Source of the DNA: the human T2T-CHM13v2.0 reference genome, Homo sapiens | Strand: one strand, 5' to 3' | Length of the DNA stretch: 64,000 nt | NCBI RefSeq assembly: GCF_009914755.1 | Contig: NC_060926.1 | Shown: piece by piece, positions 1 through 18,077 of the stretch | Layout of the letters: each line of letters begins with the position of its first letter | Numbering within the stretch: the stretch's first letter is position 1 | Notes under the pieces: generated by a model | Told to the model about the DNA's origin: nothing | Databases searched by the model: none | What the model saw: only the letters and a program-made list of their open reading frames with translations | Program-made: the position numbers and the translations under genes

Positions 1-1114
1 AGACAGTCAGCATGTGGAGAAAGGAGAAAACTTATTTTTATCCAGGCTCATGAAGCTTAAAAGAACTGTTTCCATTTCTTAAGTTTAGAAGGTTTATATA
101 GCAACTCATCTCCCTAATTCTGCTTATAGTCAGGATAAAAGTTAAGTCACTCCAAAAGATAATGGTATACCTATAATCTACTATCTCAGTATCAATTCCA
201 TCAGAGGTCCAAGGGGACAACACATTGGTTCCTGACTCTAAATCTATCCATGCTATCATACCAACATTCCTGCATCCTACTCACCTGAGGCAACTCTTCC
301 ATAGCTTCTCTAGGGTTTGTCAGGTGGCTATGACATCATCCACTTGGGTTTAGTGCTGCTCTTGCCATTTCCTTGTGATGTAATTTGCTCTGTCTATAGT
401 TGATGCTCCTCTCTCCTAAGGCCTGACTCTATAGGCTTGGGGGCAAGGCCTTCTCCAACTTTCTCCAATCTTTTACCTCTAGTCTCCTACAGTGCTATTC
501 ACACTATCATTCTTTATCTTACATTCATGACGAATTGTTTTTTCCTTCTAGGAACCTGAATGGTTTCATTAGAGACTAGGATAGAAGCTAATTTGATAGA
601 GTATAACGTATTACTGCTCCATGCTTCTGTGGAAGAAATAAAACTACTCAACTTGGGGAGTACACAAGAATTGCTGAATTTTTTTGTTGTTGTTTCTTTT
701 AAATCAGATTAAATCTAACTCAGAGCCTCAGTCCACATACATAACAAAAAATGTAAGCTCACTTTTCACTGAGGAGCCCTCCATGAGCTGAAATAAGCAA
801 AGTTTCTCATTTAGAGATTTTACATGATCAAAAGAGTACCTAGGTCCAACTTTCTGAGATCTCATGGCTGAAATAGCTGGTCAGGGAGCTGCATTTATAT
901 GCACTGTGATGTGACTGGAAGCCCTGGGGATGAGCAAATATTTTTTAAAAAGTATACGTAAAATAATAAAAGAAATAATGAGTAGATGATTCCAGATGCT
1001 CTTTCTGTATAACTGTGATCCCCACTTTCCTTTAGAATCAGTCCAAATTCCCCACATCTCTGTTTTCTGTGGTCTGCACAGTGGTCAATGACACTGTAAC
1101 ATAAGACCAGAGAG

Positions 1115-1465
1115 CTCTGTGCTTTACCTGTCATAGCCCACTACCCTGGTGGGTAGGTAGAGGCCATTGTTTCTCCCACTTTACAGAGATACAGACATTT
1201 TAAGTAATTGGTGCAAGGTTACACAGAGATTAAATAGCAGAGCGAGGATTTGAGCCCAGATGCTGTGGCGCCAGAGTTCACCCTCTCAACACATGCCACT
1301 GTTAATCTCACATCAGCCCAAGAAGTTGGCAGTCTTCTGACTCCCACTTTACAACAGCAGAACTGAGGCAGGTGTGGGCTCTCTCTTGCTCATAATTACG
1401 CACCTATGAAAGGGAGAATGGAGTCCAGACCCAAGCCTAGATCTTCCAATCCCATAGCCCTCATT
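1115..1465 (-). mobile_element. Two adjacent degenerate MIR SINE fragments
   Basis: Antisense MIR core motifs 'cccactttacagagatacagac...aaggttacacag...ggatttgagcccaga' (~1115-1300), and again 'cccactttacaacagcagaactgaggca' (~1300-1465). Confidence 0.65.
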
Positions 1466-1488
1466 TTTGGTTTCTCTTTAATCCTTGC

Positions 1489-1834
1489 TGCTATAGACCG
1501 GTTGTTTCTTTGAATAAACAAAATTCATATGTTAATACTAATCCTCAATGGGATGATATTTGGAGGCAGGGCCTTTGGGAGTTGATTAGGTTATGAGGGT
1601 AGAGGCCTCATAAAAGGGATTAGTGTTCTCATAAAAGAGACCCGAGATAGCCTGCTTGCTCTCCTTGCCATGTGAGAACACAGTAAAAAAGACTGCTATC
1701 TATGAACCAGGACACTGTGACAGTGCCTTGATATTGGACTTCTCCGCTTCCAGAACTGTGAGAAATCATTGTCTGTTGTTTATAAGTCACTCAGTCTGTA
1801 TAGTTTGTTATAGAAGCCCAAAAAGACCGAGACA
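1489..1834 (+). mobile_element. MaLR solo LTR, MLT1A/MLT1A0-like
   Basis: TG...CA termini. Diagnostic 'caaaattcatatgtt...gggattagtg.tctcataaaagagacc...cttccagaactgtgagaaat'. Degenerate 5-bp TSD CTTGC (1484-1488) / CCTGC (1835-1839). Confidence 0.85.
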
Positions 1835-2748
1835 CCTGCTTTTCTCTTCGTTCCTCTTGTTTTAGAAAAAAGCAGATTCCCTTGAGAGGGGTAATGGGGC
1901 ACTCTGTTTGCTGTGTATCCCTGAGCTCACTCTTACATGCAGAGATGAGTCCAGGTGGGAGCAGCAGGGGTAGGAAACCTGTGCAGCGGAGGAGCCCAAG
2001 GGGATCCAGTGACTAAGGTCACCTGTGCCTCGTGCATGCTTCACTACGACCCTATTTCTTAGCATTTATAATCAGACACAGGCCAACAAGATGTAGACAA
2101 ATACCTAGAGAGATAGAGACATCCCTTGCAGAGCACACCAAGAGAGAATACTCTGTCTCGAGCCAGCCTAAAAATATACTCTGTTTACAGCACATACACC
2201 CTCCCTCGTGCTGCAGTATCTCAGAAACAGAGGCAGAATTTAATCATCCCATCCTCTGATGTGAAGGTGTCTATGGTTTAATATGCACACATCACAGATT
2301 TCAAATTTTGCTGTGGAAATTCAGTCTTCAACAAAAACCTAGCTGTCTCTTTGACTTGAAATGTGTTCTAAAATGTATAATAAAGGTCTACTGAAACCAA
2401 TAAAGCATCTCCAGAAAATGCTGGTTTAACTCACACAGCCAATTCTCTTTTTCATAAATTCAATTTGTATTATTTGGTTGAAGAGACTGTTCTCTGAGCC
2501 CTGACACAAGTGAGTGCTGAGGCTGCTGACACTCAGTCCAGAGTCTGCATGGACAAAAAAATCTCTGGGAAAAAAAAAAATCACGTATAATAATTGATCT
2601 CATTTGTTTGGTTTGTCAGGCCCTGCCTGGCTCTACCTCCCTGCACGCCTTTTCTCTCCACTGCTGAAAGCTGCTTGACCAACAGGGTTGGTCCTTCTAT
2701 AATCCCTGGATCCAAGAAACTCCAGTCCACCTCTGGTTGGGATGGAAT

Positions 2749-2774
2749 TGTGTGTGTGTGTGTGTGTGTGTGTG
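2749..2774. repeat. (TG)n microsatellite
   Basis: About 13 perfect TG units. Confidence 0.95.
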
Positions 2775-2977
2775 GTGGAGGGGGCTTGGCCCTGGAAGGC
2801 ACTGCTTCTGGAGTGTGCCCTAGTTCTCATAAATAAACCCATGTTGTTTCTGAGACCTAGTCCTCACATTGTATATTGATTCTAGCACAGAACTCCCAGC
2901 TCCTTATGCTCAAGTCCCTGTTTGCCTTCCTGTTTAGTTCCCTAATTCTGTACAGAATGGAGAAACCCACCTGCTTA

Positions 2978-3194
2978 TGCTAATCTTAACCTTGACACTA
3001 TTCGTATTTTGGGCCTGATAACTCTACTGTGGGAGCTGTCCTGTGCATTGCAGGCTGTTTGGCAACATCCTGGCCCCTACCCACTAATACCAGTAGTATC
3101 GTTACCCCAGTCATGACCGTCAAAAATGTCTTCAGACATTGGCGAATGTGCCCCAGAGGGGGCAAAGCATATTGGTGCTGGTTAAGAATTCGTG
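2978..3194 (+). mobile_element. MER20 (hAT-Charlie non-autonomous DNA transposon)
   Basis: 'gctgtcctgtgcattgcagg...tggcccctacccacta...caaaaatgtcttcagacattggc.aatgt' matches MER20. Confidence 0.8.
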
Positions 3195-3289
3195 TTTTAA
3201 TTCAATCCAGGGATAAGCACACTGTCTTTGTACCCCAGTGTGGTTGCCAGCAATTGCCAAGAGGCTTCTATGACCTCAGGGCTGACGAA

Positions 3290-3892
<603 letters not shown>

Positions 3893-3959
3893 GTAGATTT
3901 CTAAAACACCCACTCCTCTTCAATTCATTCTGAGTATCAGAATCTTAAAGTGATAAGCC

Positions 3960-4180
3960 CCAGTAAGCATGGGGCTTTTGTGTCAGGAGTACCTGGTTTA
4001 AATATTTCTATATCTGACACTGTGAGCTTGAAATAATTAATTGATGTCTTTGAAGCCCAGCTTCAATATTTGTGCTAGGGAAATAATAACAGTTATTCTC
4101 TAAAGAGCTGTTATAAGAGTGACATGAAATAATGTACACAGTGCCTGGTATAGAGCGGACACTTAAGAAGTGGGATAGCT
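3960..4180 (+). mobile_element. MIR SINE, degenerate
   Basis: 'ggagtacctggtttaaat...ctgtgagcttg...gggaaataataacagt...acagtgcctggtata' resembles MIR. Confidence 0.6.
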
Positions 4181-4371
4181 GTTTTCTGAACCTTTGCTAT
4201 CATCAGAGAAGTTGAGTATTTAGTTCCCCTAGTCTAGCCTCTTGCTTGAAGCAACACTCATGCTCCATCTTTTGGACACCATGCTCTATGCTTAACTGGA
4301 CACTCGGTGTGCTTGCAAAAGATTGCATCATCCCAAAGAATTCAAGATTATTCTCTCGAGGGAGGGCATTC

Positions 4372-4382
4372 CAAGATGGCCG
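4372..4382 (+). promoter_or_regulatory. YY1 site of the L1 internal sense promoter
   Basis: CAAGATGGCCG at the canonical position near the L1 5' end. Confidence 0.8.
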
Positions 4383-4535
4383 AATAGGAACAGCTCTGGT
4401 CTGCAGCTCCCAGAGTGATCGACGCAGAAGATGGGTGATTTCTTCATTTCCAACTGCGGTACCTGGTTCATCTCACTGGGACTGGTTGGACAGTGGGTGC
4501 AGTCCATGGAGGGCAAGCTGAAGCAGGGTGGGGCA

Positions 4536-4802
4536 TCACCTCACCCAGGAAGCACAAGGGGTCAAGGGATTTCCCTTTCCTAGCCAAGGGAAGCCGTGAC
4601 AGACTACCTGGAAAAACAGGACACTCCCCACCCAAAGACTGCACTTTTCCCAAGGTCGTAGCAACCGGCATACAAAGTGATTCTCTCCCATGCCTGCCTT
4701 GGTGGGTCCCATACCCACAGAGCCTTGCTCACTGCTAGCCCAGCAGTCTGAGATGTATCTGCAAGGCAGGCAGCAGCCTGGCTGGGGAGGGGCATCTGCC
4801 AT
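4536..4802 (-). CDS. ORF0: L1 antisense ORF0 homologue, 88 aa open frame (expression unknown)
   Basis: MADAPPQPGCCLPCRYISDCWASSEQGSVGMGPTKAGMGENHFVCRLLRPWEKCSLWVG... aligns with L1HS ORF0 as recalled (MAGAPPPASLPPCSLISDCCASNQRDSVGVGPSEPG...). ATG lies in a strong context (gcaATGG). Confidence 0.65.
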   Translation of the reverse strand: MADAPPQPGCCLPCRYISDCWASSEQGSVGMGPTKAGMGENHFVCRLLRPWEKCSLWVGSVLFFQVVCHGFPWLGKGNPLTPCASWVR

Positions 4803-5401
4803 TGCTGAGGCTTGAGTAGGTAAACAAAGCAGCCAGGGAGGCTCGAACTTGGCAGAGCTCACCACAGCTCAACAAGGCCTACTGTCTCTAGACTCCACCT
4901 CTGTGGGCAGGGCATAGCTGAACAAAAGGCAGCAGACAACTTCTGCAGACTTAAACGTCCCTGTCCCACAGCTCTGAAGAGAGCAGGGGTTCTCCCAGCA
5001 CAGCATTTGAATTCTGAGAACAGACAGACTGCCTCCTCAAGTGGGTCCCTGACCCCCATGTAGCCTAACTGGGAGACACCTCCCAGTAGGGGCTGACAGA
5101 CACCTCATATAGGTGGCTGCCCCTCTGGGACAAAGCTTCCAGAGGAAGGATCAGGCAGCAATATTTGCTGTTCTGCAATATTTACTGTTCTATAGACTCT
5201 GCTGGTGATACCCAGGAAAATGCGGTCTGCAGTGGAACTCCAGCAAACTTCAACAGACCTGCAGCTGAGGGACCTGACTGTTAGAAAGAAAACTAACAAA
5301 CGGAAAGCAACAGCATCAACTTCAACAAAAAGGTCATCTACACCAAAACCCCATCTGTAGGTCACCAACATCAAAGACCAAAGGTAGATAAAACCACAAA
5401 G

Positions 5402-6427
5402 ATGGGGAGAAACCAGAGCAGAAAAGCAGAAAATTCTAAAAACCAAAGAGCCTCTTCTCCTCCAAAGGATTGCAGCTCTTTACCAGCAATGGAATAAAGC
5501 TGGACGGAGAATGACTTTCACAAGTTGATAGAAGTAGGCTTCAGAAGGTCGGTAATAACAAACTTCTCTGAGCTAAAGGAGGATGTTCGAACCTATCACA
5601 AGGAAGCTAAAAACCTTGAAAACAGATTAGATGAATGGCTAACTAGAATAAACAGTGTAGAGAAGACCTTAAATGACCTGAAGGAGCTGAAAACCATGGC
5701 ACGAGATCTTCATGATGCATGCACAAGCTTCAATAGACGATTTGATCAAGTGGAAGAAAGGGTAACAGTGACTGAAGATCAAATTAATGAAATAAAGTGA
5801 GAAGACAAGGTTAGAGAAAAAAGGGTAAAAAGAAACAAACAAAGCCTCCAAGAAATATGGGACTATACGAAAAGACCACATCTACATTTGATTGGTGTAC
5901 CTGAAAGTGATGGAGAGAATGGAACCAAGTTGGAAAACACTCCTCAAGATATTATCCAGGAGAACTTCCCCAATCTAGCAAGGCAGGCCAACATTCAAAT
6001 TCAGGAAATACAGAGAACACTACAAAGATACTCCTCGAGAAGAGCAACCCCAAGACACATAATTATCAGATTCACCAAGGTTGAAATGAAGGAAAAAGTG
6101 TTAAAGGCAGCCAGAGAGAAAGGTCGAGTTACCTACAAAGGGAAGCCCATCAGACTAACAGCGGATATCTCGGCAGAAATCCTACAAGCCAGAAGAGAGT
6201 GGGGGCCCATATTCAACATTCTCAAAGAAAAGAATTTTCAACCCAGAATTTCATATCCAGCCAAACTAAGCTTCATAAGTGAAAGAGAAATAAAATCCTT
6301 TACAGACAAGCAAATGCTGAGAGATTTTGTCACCACCAGGCCTGCCTTACAAGAGCTCCTGAAGGAAGCACTAAATATGGAAAGGAACAACCGGTGCCAG
6401 CCACTGCAAAAACTTGCCAAATTGTAA
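5402..6427 (+). pseudogene. L1#1 ORF1p, disrupted
   Basis: ATG at 5402. Premature stops (e.g. TAA 5495-5497, TGA 5798-5800). The C-terminal part translates to ORF1p RRM/CTD (REKGRVTYKGKPIRLTAD...YPAKLS). Confidence 0.93.
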
Positions 6428-6490
6428 AGACCATTGATGCTAGGAAGAAACTGCATCAATTAACAGGCAAAATAACCAGCGAACATCATA

Positions 6491-10229
<3,739 letters not shown>

Positions 10230-10668
10230 ACAATGAGATCACTTGGACATAGGGTGGGGAACATCACACACTGGGGCCTGTAGAGGGGATGTGAGGGGCT
10301 GGGGGAGGGATAGCATTAGGAGAAATACCTAATGTAAATGATGAGTTGATGGGTACAGCAAACCAACATGGCACATGCATACCTGTATCAAACCTGCACA
10401 TTGTGCACATGTACCCTAGAACGTAAAGTATAGTAATTAAAGAAAAGAACAAAGGAAGTTACCAAAAAAAAAAGATTACTCTCTCTTGTTCCTGCCCACT
10501 TGCTGTTAATTAAGCCATGTTTAGCTCTGTCTAAGAAAAACGGCAATTAAAAAAAAAAAACTGAGCTTTCTGTTTATTTTTATTTAAACTGATACTTGCT
10601 CTTGTTACTACAAGTCAAATAACACGACGTAAAAAAAAGAAAGTTCTTGAATGCATCGTCTCCATTAA

Positions 10669-12130
<1,462 letters not shown>

Positions 12131-12894
12131 AAGAAATGGTGAGAGGCTCATGGATATGACCTCAAATCTGAAGTGAAGGCAGAGTTGGAATGGAGTTTAG
12201 AGCAAATAGAAATATTGGAGTAATTCGTGCTCATGGCCAGCTCCTTCAAAGCACTGAAGTGTATAGAATGGCTGCAAGGAAAGACCTGAGCTTCTCTGTC
12301 TTGTGATGAAAGTGAGTTTTGTTTTTCTAAAACAAACCAGTTCTCTGCCCAAATTTACATTTTTATAGATGCACATAGATTTTCAACCTCTAAAATATTT
12401 TGGTTAAGATGTTTTCAAAATAATAAATCTTCAAAATAAAAAAAAAAAGAGAACAAATGGCTGGACCAATTTGGCTAGATAAATGGTTAAGTAATCCACC
12501 CATTTTTTGTTCTAATGAGTGGGATGCGTAAAAGATATAAACTTAGTATAATATCAAAGACACCCCACATTAAAAGTATATCTTTAAAAAGTATAGCTAT
12601 TACATTTTCATTTACATTTAGTTCAGAACTCGTATCCAGGAGTAGTGGGGTTAACTGCTTATGATAGGAAGCTTACAGTCTTTCTGTGCAGTATTTATTT
12701 CTTCATAGTTTTCCTACCTGTGCAGGAGATTTCCTCCTTTCTTCTGTGTAAATCCCTTTTCACTTGTGTGCAAACATGAACTGTTCAGCACAATGTGCTA
12801 ATTAAAACACCCATTTTGCTTGAGTGGTCTTCGTCAAAGGCTTAAAGAAAGCTTGTGTTTTGCCTGGATCGCCTTGAGATTACTGTGAGAAACC

Positions 12895-13090
12895 TATCAG
12901 GATTAGTTGAGAGACATATTCTAAGTGTCTACAATTTGTCAGGCACTGAGGTTACCCAGATGATTAAAGGACAGTTTGTACTCTCAAGAACTTCATGGCC
13001 CAGGAGGAAGCAGCGTGTAAATAAATGATGAAAGAGGATATGTGACTCATAATGTACAGGACACTGGGAGCACAAACAGAGGGACAGCTT
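12895..13090 (-). mobile_element. L2 3' fragment
   Basis: 'aagtgtctacaatttgtcaggcactg...ctctcaagaacttcatggccca' resembles an antisense L2 3' end. Confidence 0.55.
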
Positions 13091-13601
13091 TTTATTCATT
13101 CACATCTTTATTGATCATCAAGTATGGGATAGACAGGCACAGGGTGGTGAGGAAAAGTGACAGTAAAAATAAAAGATCAAAGGTAAGAAAGGCATATTTT
13201 CTGCCTTCTTTTTCTTTGTAAAATTGTTCCTTTTTCCAGGAAGAAAATAGTAAAAGAAATCTTTTGATCTCTGTGTTCCACCATATAAGCATTTTTTAGA
13301 TTATCCCTTTTCTAACTGCTATTTGATTCTGAATTTATGTGTACACTCAATTAAACCAGACAATAAAAAAAAAACCCTAACAATTTACCTGAACATTTAA
13401 GGCTACTATAAACATTAATTTCCCTGGCCAAATTAATAAAGAGGGGGCTCTAATTAATAGAGTTGCTGTATATATGCAAAATATAATTTGGTAATCCACT
13501 TTCTGTTAAATATTATAATACAATCAACTTAACTTTAAATCTCTCTTAAAATTACTTTATTCTATTTTTGCTAAATTACAATGTTTTTCAATATCTTGCA
13601 G

Positions 13602-13662
13602 GGTCTTAGAATCTTTACCAGATACAAAAATAATAACTTCACAATGGAAATGTGGACTTATG
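13602..13662 (+). other. Candidate 61-nt cassette exon of an unidentified transcript
   Basis: Pyrimidine-rich acceptor 'tttttcaatatcttgcag|G' and near-consensus donor 'ATG|gtgagt' in unique sequence. No recognised protein. Confidence 0.3.
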
Positions 13663-13729
13663 GTGAGTTGTTTATTTTTCGAAAAGAATTGTATCCTAGG
13701 CAGAGCCTTTATATAGCAAGTTTTTCCTC

Positions 13730-13920
13730 TTCAAATTTGTTTTTAATTCAGTCTCATAGTAGTCCTATAAGGTTAAAACATTATTACAGTATTATTTTTC
13801 TCATTTTATGGATAGATCAACGGACCACAAAAAGATTAAGTGACTTGCCTGGGGTTATGTAAAATAACTTTACTGGCAAAGCCAGGACTATATCTCACGT
13901 TTCCCGAGTCTCAGTCTTTG
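13730..13920 (-). mobile_element. MIR SINE
   Basis: 'ctcattttatggatag...ttaagtgacttgcctggggtta...ggcaaagccaggact'. Confidence 0.65.
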
Positions 13921-14279
13921 AGCCTAATCAGAGAATTTCTACTTATTTTACGTACAATTTATCTAACTTTTAATTGATTATTTGACAAATTTCTATCCTT
14001 TAAATATTTTAATATCATTCCTATTTACCTATTAGTTGGGAAACTTCCTAGTTTGAGGTAATCGATCATTGAATATCTATTAGGTATGGGATGGCCTACT
14101 ACAAAACAGGCAGAAGAAATGCTTTTCTCAAGAAACTTGGAATGTAAATATTGATGTATAAGATCACTTTCACATGGGTTAGACTAATTATAATGCTTAG
14201 CATGAAACATGTTAGTTCTTGTAACCAAGGAAAGTATTATGGTCAGAAATCACTGTACAGTTATTCCATCTTTGGTCCT

Positions 14280-14590
14280 AGAGTTGATGTGATATTGGCA
14301 AGAGGTTAGACAAATAGACCAAAGGAACAGAATAAAGAGTTCAAAGATATACTCACATGTCCACAGTCATCTGATACATAGCAAATATGCCATTACAATT
14401 CAGGGAAGAAAGAATGGTCTTTTCCGTAAATGGTGCTTAGTTACATGGTTACTCATATGTGAAATAAATATAACTTGACCTCTACCTCATACCATATGAA
14501 GAGTAATTTAGGATTAACCATGGACCTAAGTGTGAAAGGCAAAGGCATAAAGCATCTAGATGAACATAGGAGAATGGCTTGGTGTCTTCA
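14280..14590 (+). mobile_element. Ancient L1M ORF2 fragment
   Basis: 'agacaaatagaccaaaggaacagaata...ggtcttttccgtaaatggtgct...ttgacctctacctcataccata'. Confidence 0.75.
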
Positions 14591-14925
14591 GGGAGGCCCA
14601 GTCTAATCAAACAGGTCCTTAAAAGTGGAAAAAAAAGAAAGAAGAGTGGTCAGAAAGATGAGGCATGAGATGGTCTCAATCTACCACTACTGGCTTTGAA
14701 GATGGAAGAAGGGCTTTGAGCCAATGACTATGGCAGCTTGCAAGCTGGAAAAGGCAAGGAAACAGATTCTTATAATATCCAGAAAGCAGTATAGCCCCAG
14801 TGACGGTTTTATTTTAACAAACTGAGACTTGTGTCAGACTTCTAACCTATAGAATTGTAAAGTTACACATGTGTGATATTTGAAACCACTAAGTTTGTGA
14901 TAATTTATTATGGCAGCAATACAAA
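14590..14925 (+). mobile_element. MaLR LTR fragment, MLT1D/E-like
   Basis: 'tggctttgaagatggaagaaggg...aagctggaaaaggcaaggaaacagattct...ccactaagtttgtgataattt.ttatggcagcaata'. Confidence 0.8.
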
Positions 14926-15734
14926 ATTTAAAAAAAAAGGAAATTTAAAAACAAAACATTCCTATTCCTCCTTTATGAAGAAGCTTAAAAGTGACACTCA
15001 CCTGCTTCCTTTAAACCTAGTTACTCTACCCCTGGAGAGCTCAGAGAACTCTATTTTACTACCATTCATCTTGTTTTACCTTATATTTCTACTGGATTGT
15101 GGATTCTCTGTAGGCATCTTTACATCTTCCATTGTATATATGCCAGGCACCGTACATGTGTTCACTTTATATACTAGGTGCTCTATGCATCTTTGGTAAA
15201 TTACTTTAAATTGAACCATTTATTTGCATGAGGGGCAGCAACCAGGAAAGACAAGATTCCACTAATGTGTTCTCTTAGCCTGCTTAGCAAGCTTTCCACT
15301 GCAAAGATACATTAATGCTAGGGTTCTGAATAATGAAGCTGAGGTTGTTTAAAACAGCAGGCTGGCATCAGATGAAACATTTCCATATCATTCTACATTA
15401 AATAAAACATTTACCATTTCATGCTTTCTTTTCTGGTAATTTTGCCTTGTCCTTCACGTTAGTGATTTGTTCCACATGGCCACTCATTTAAGATAACAGC
15501 AGGCCAAGAGGTGTGACAAATGGAGACAGGGCCATACCTGATCACCAGGATTCCATTACGCTTCCTTGAGTTTAGAACTAGTAAAACTGTCAGTATCTTA
15601 AAACAAAGGAACTGTGCTTGAGTCTACATATTAGGAATTCAGTGACTGCAGTAGCAGTGATCGCATTATATAGCAAATGGACAGACATGGCTATAAAGGG
15701 AGCCTACAGTCAAAATAAATGAACTGTTTTTCTG

Positions 15735-16560
15735 TGTCCAGTCAAACAACAAATATTTTCCAGTACCTATTATATGTGTAGCCCTGTGATAAGTACTGCA
15801 AAGGGATATGAGGGGGAGAAGATAGATGCTTTATATTTCAAAAATATTTAACAGTGGGGAAAGAAAAGATTAGGAAAAGTAACACAAGGGTGAAACAAGT
15901 ATATGCAATAAAAATTCAGTGGAGCGAGGGAGCATTTCACCAGGAAGGCTTTGGAGAATTGATAGGAATAAAGGTAGTAGTAACATTTAAGCATTAAGTT
16001 GGACAGCTGAAGATGTATGGTGTTGGTATGTGCGGGGTACATTCTAGGAAACACTCTCAGTCCCATTTGTCTCAAACAGGGTTTGTCAACCTCTGCTCTA
16101 CTGACCTCCCAGTCTGTGTAGTTCTCTGTTGAGGTGGTGGGGGGGCATTGTAGGATGTTTAGCAGCATCTTTTGCCCCTACCAACTAGATGCCAGTTACT
16201 TTACCTCCTCTTGGAGGTATGACAACCAAATGTCCCCTGAGAAGCAAAATTGTCCCCAGTTAAGAACCACTGTCGTGGAGTAAAAGTTCAGAGAGAGGAG
16301 ACATGAGAGTTACATGCCATGTCAAAGAGTTGGGAATTTCATTCCAAAGGTAATGAGGAACCACTGAAAACATTTATGCTGGAGAATGGCAAGTTAAAAA
16401 ATTGTTTGAACGCAATTTATGTGATGGAAGCACCCGAGAAAAACTGGAGGGAGGTGTTGTAGGGAAAGGGAAGAACAACTTAAAAGCTATCACAATTGTC
16501 CAAGCATAAAATGAGGAGGTTTGGTGGCAGCAGAACTAGAGAGCACTCAGTGGCTATAGG
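15735..16560 (-). mobile_element. L2 fragment interrupted by MER20
   Basis: Starts 'caacaaatattt...tacctattatatgtg'. Resumes after the MER20 with 'gagttgggaatttcattcc...aatgaggaaccactgaa'. Confidence 0.6.
16075..16272 (+). mobile_element. MER20
   Basis: 'gcattgtaggatgtttagcagcatc...ccaactagatgccagt...caaatgtcccctg...cccagttaagaaccactg'. Confidence 0.8.
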
Positions 16561-16564
16561 TATT

Positions 16565-17215
16565 CTTTTTTGTATTTTTAAATTTTATTTTAAATTCAGG
16601 ATGTACATGTGCATGTTTGTTACATGAGTATATTGCATACTGGTGGGGATCAGTCCTGTAGTATACCCATTACCCAAATAGTGAACATTGCACTTGATAG
16701 GTGATTTTTCAACCCTCAACCCCTTCTTCCATTCTCCCCACTGTTGGAGTCCCCAAGGTCTATTATTCTCCTCTGTATGTCCATGTGTACTCGTTGTTTA
16801 GCTCCCACTTATAAGTGACTGCGTGAGGTATTTAATTTTGATTTTCTGTTTTTGAATTAGTTCCCTTAGGATAATTGCCTACAGCTTCATGCTGCAAAGA
16901 ACATGATTCATTCTTTTCATGGCTGCGTAGTATTCCATGGTGTATATCTACCACATTTTCTTTATCCAGTCAACCATTGATGGAAACTTAGGTTGGTTCC
17001 ATGACTTTGCTATTACAAATAGTGCTGTGATGAACATATGAGTGCAGATGTATTTTTTATATAATTTTTTTTCCTTTGGTAGGTACTCAGTAGTAGGATT
17101 GCTGGGTTGAATGTTCTATTTTTAGTTATTTGAGAAATCTCCACACTGTTTTCTATGGAGGTTGAACGAATTTACATCCCCATCAACAGTGTCTAAGTGT
17201 TTTTCCCCACATCCT
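16565..17215 (-). mobile_element. L1PB-type 3' end, antisense
   Basis: T-rich tail, then 'gtacatgtgcatgtttgttacatg...tttagctcccacttataagtga...ggctgcgtagtattccatggtgtata'. Confidence 0.88.
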
Positions 17216-17954
17216 GGTCCTGTGTGTAAGCTTAGATGGAGAAAGGAACAGCCACAAGCAGCAGCTAAAGCAATCTGTAGCTTGGGAACCTTGGCTAGGA
17301 ACGATTCACAGACTGTTGGTTAGGAAAAAGCAGTGTAGCAGCATAGAAGCAGGCATGTGGTGCCAATCTTCTGAGACCATCTTTCAGGCCCATGGAGAGA
17401 AACTAGCAGCAACTTCCAAGCCACCAGAAGCCTCTAAAACAATACATTTTCACTTTCACTCCATTCTGTCTATAAATTTTAAATTCATATCCAATTATGG
17501 TAAAAATATTTTAGTAAGTTTTTTTAAATAGTTAAATAGCACTGAAAGGAAAAAGAGGGGAATATATGCTTGGTTCTCCATTCTGTGGCCATTTTTGAAG
17601 TTCACTGAACCCAGTTTGGAATTTTGGAAAACCTGTTATTGTGGCTGAGCTCCATGGAAGGTCACTTCCTTCATGTTTTAAAAGTGACACTGAAACACAA
17701 TAGGTAATTTTCCACGTTTAGGCTACAATGATATAATTAATTAATAAGATTTCCTCAACTGATTAAAAGTTCCATAAGGGCAATTACCACATCATATATT
17801 GTTATTCTCTACGTCTTTGCGCAGTAAAATAGGGGCAAATAACAGCTTACGCTTGTCACCTGCCTGAAGTTAAATTCACTGTTACTCATGAGCAAAATGA
17901 CTTGTGAAAAGAATGAAGTTCTTGATATCACAGGTTGAGGAAATATTCTACCCA

Positions 17955-18077
17955 AGAGGCATGTGGTATATTACCTTGGAGCACAGGATCAGGAATCAGA
18001 CAAACTGTGTTCAATTCCTGCAATCACCACTTCTATGTGTATGAACTTGAGAGATCTGTTTACTCTCAGTGCCCCAG
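17955..18077 (+). mobile_element. MIR 5' part (split by L1#3; continues at ~23498-23560)
   Basis: 'gagcacaggatcaggaatcagacaaactgtgttcaattcctg...tgtgtatgaacttg...ctctcagtgccccag'. After L1#3 it resumes as 'aaaatggggctaaacagcacctacctgacaggg'. Confidence 0.7.
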
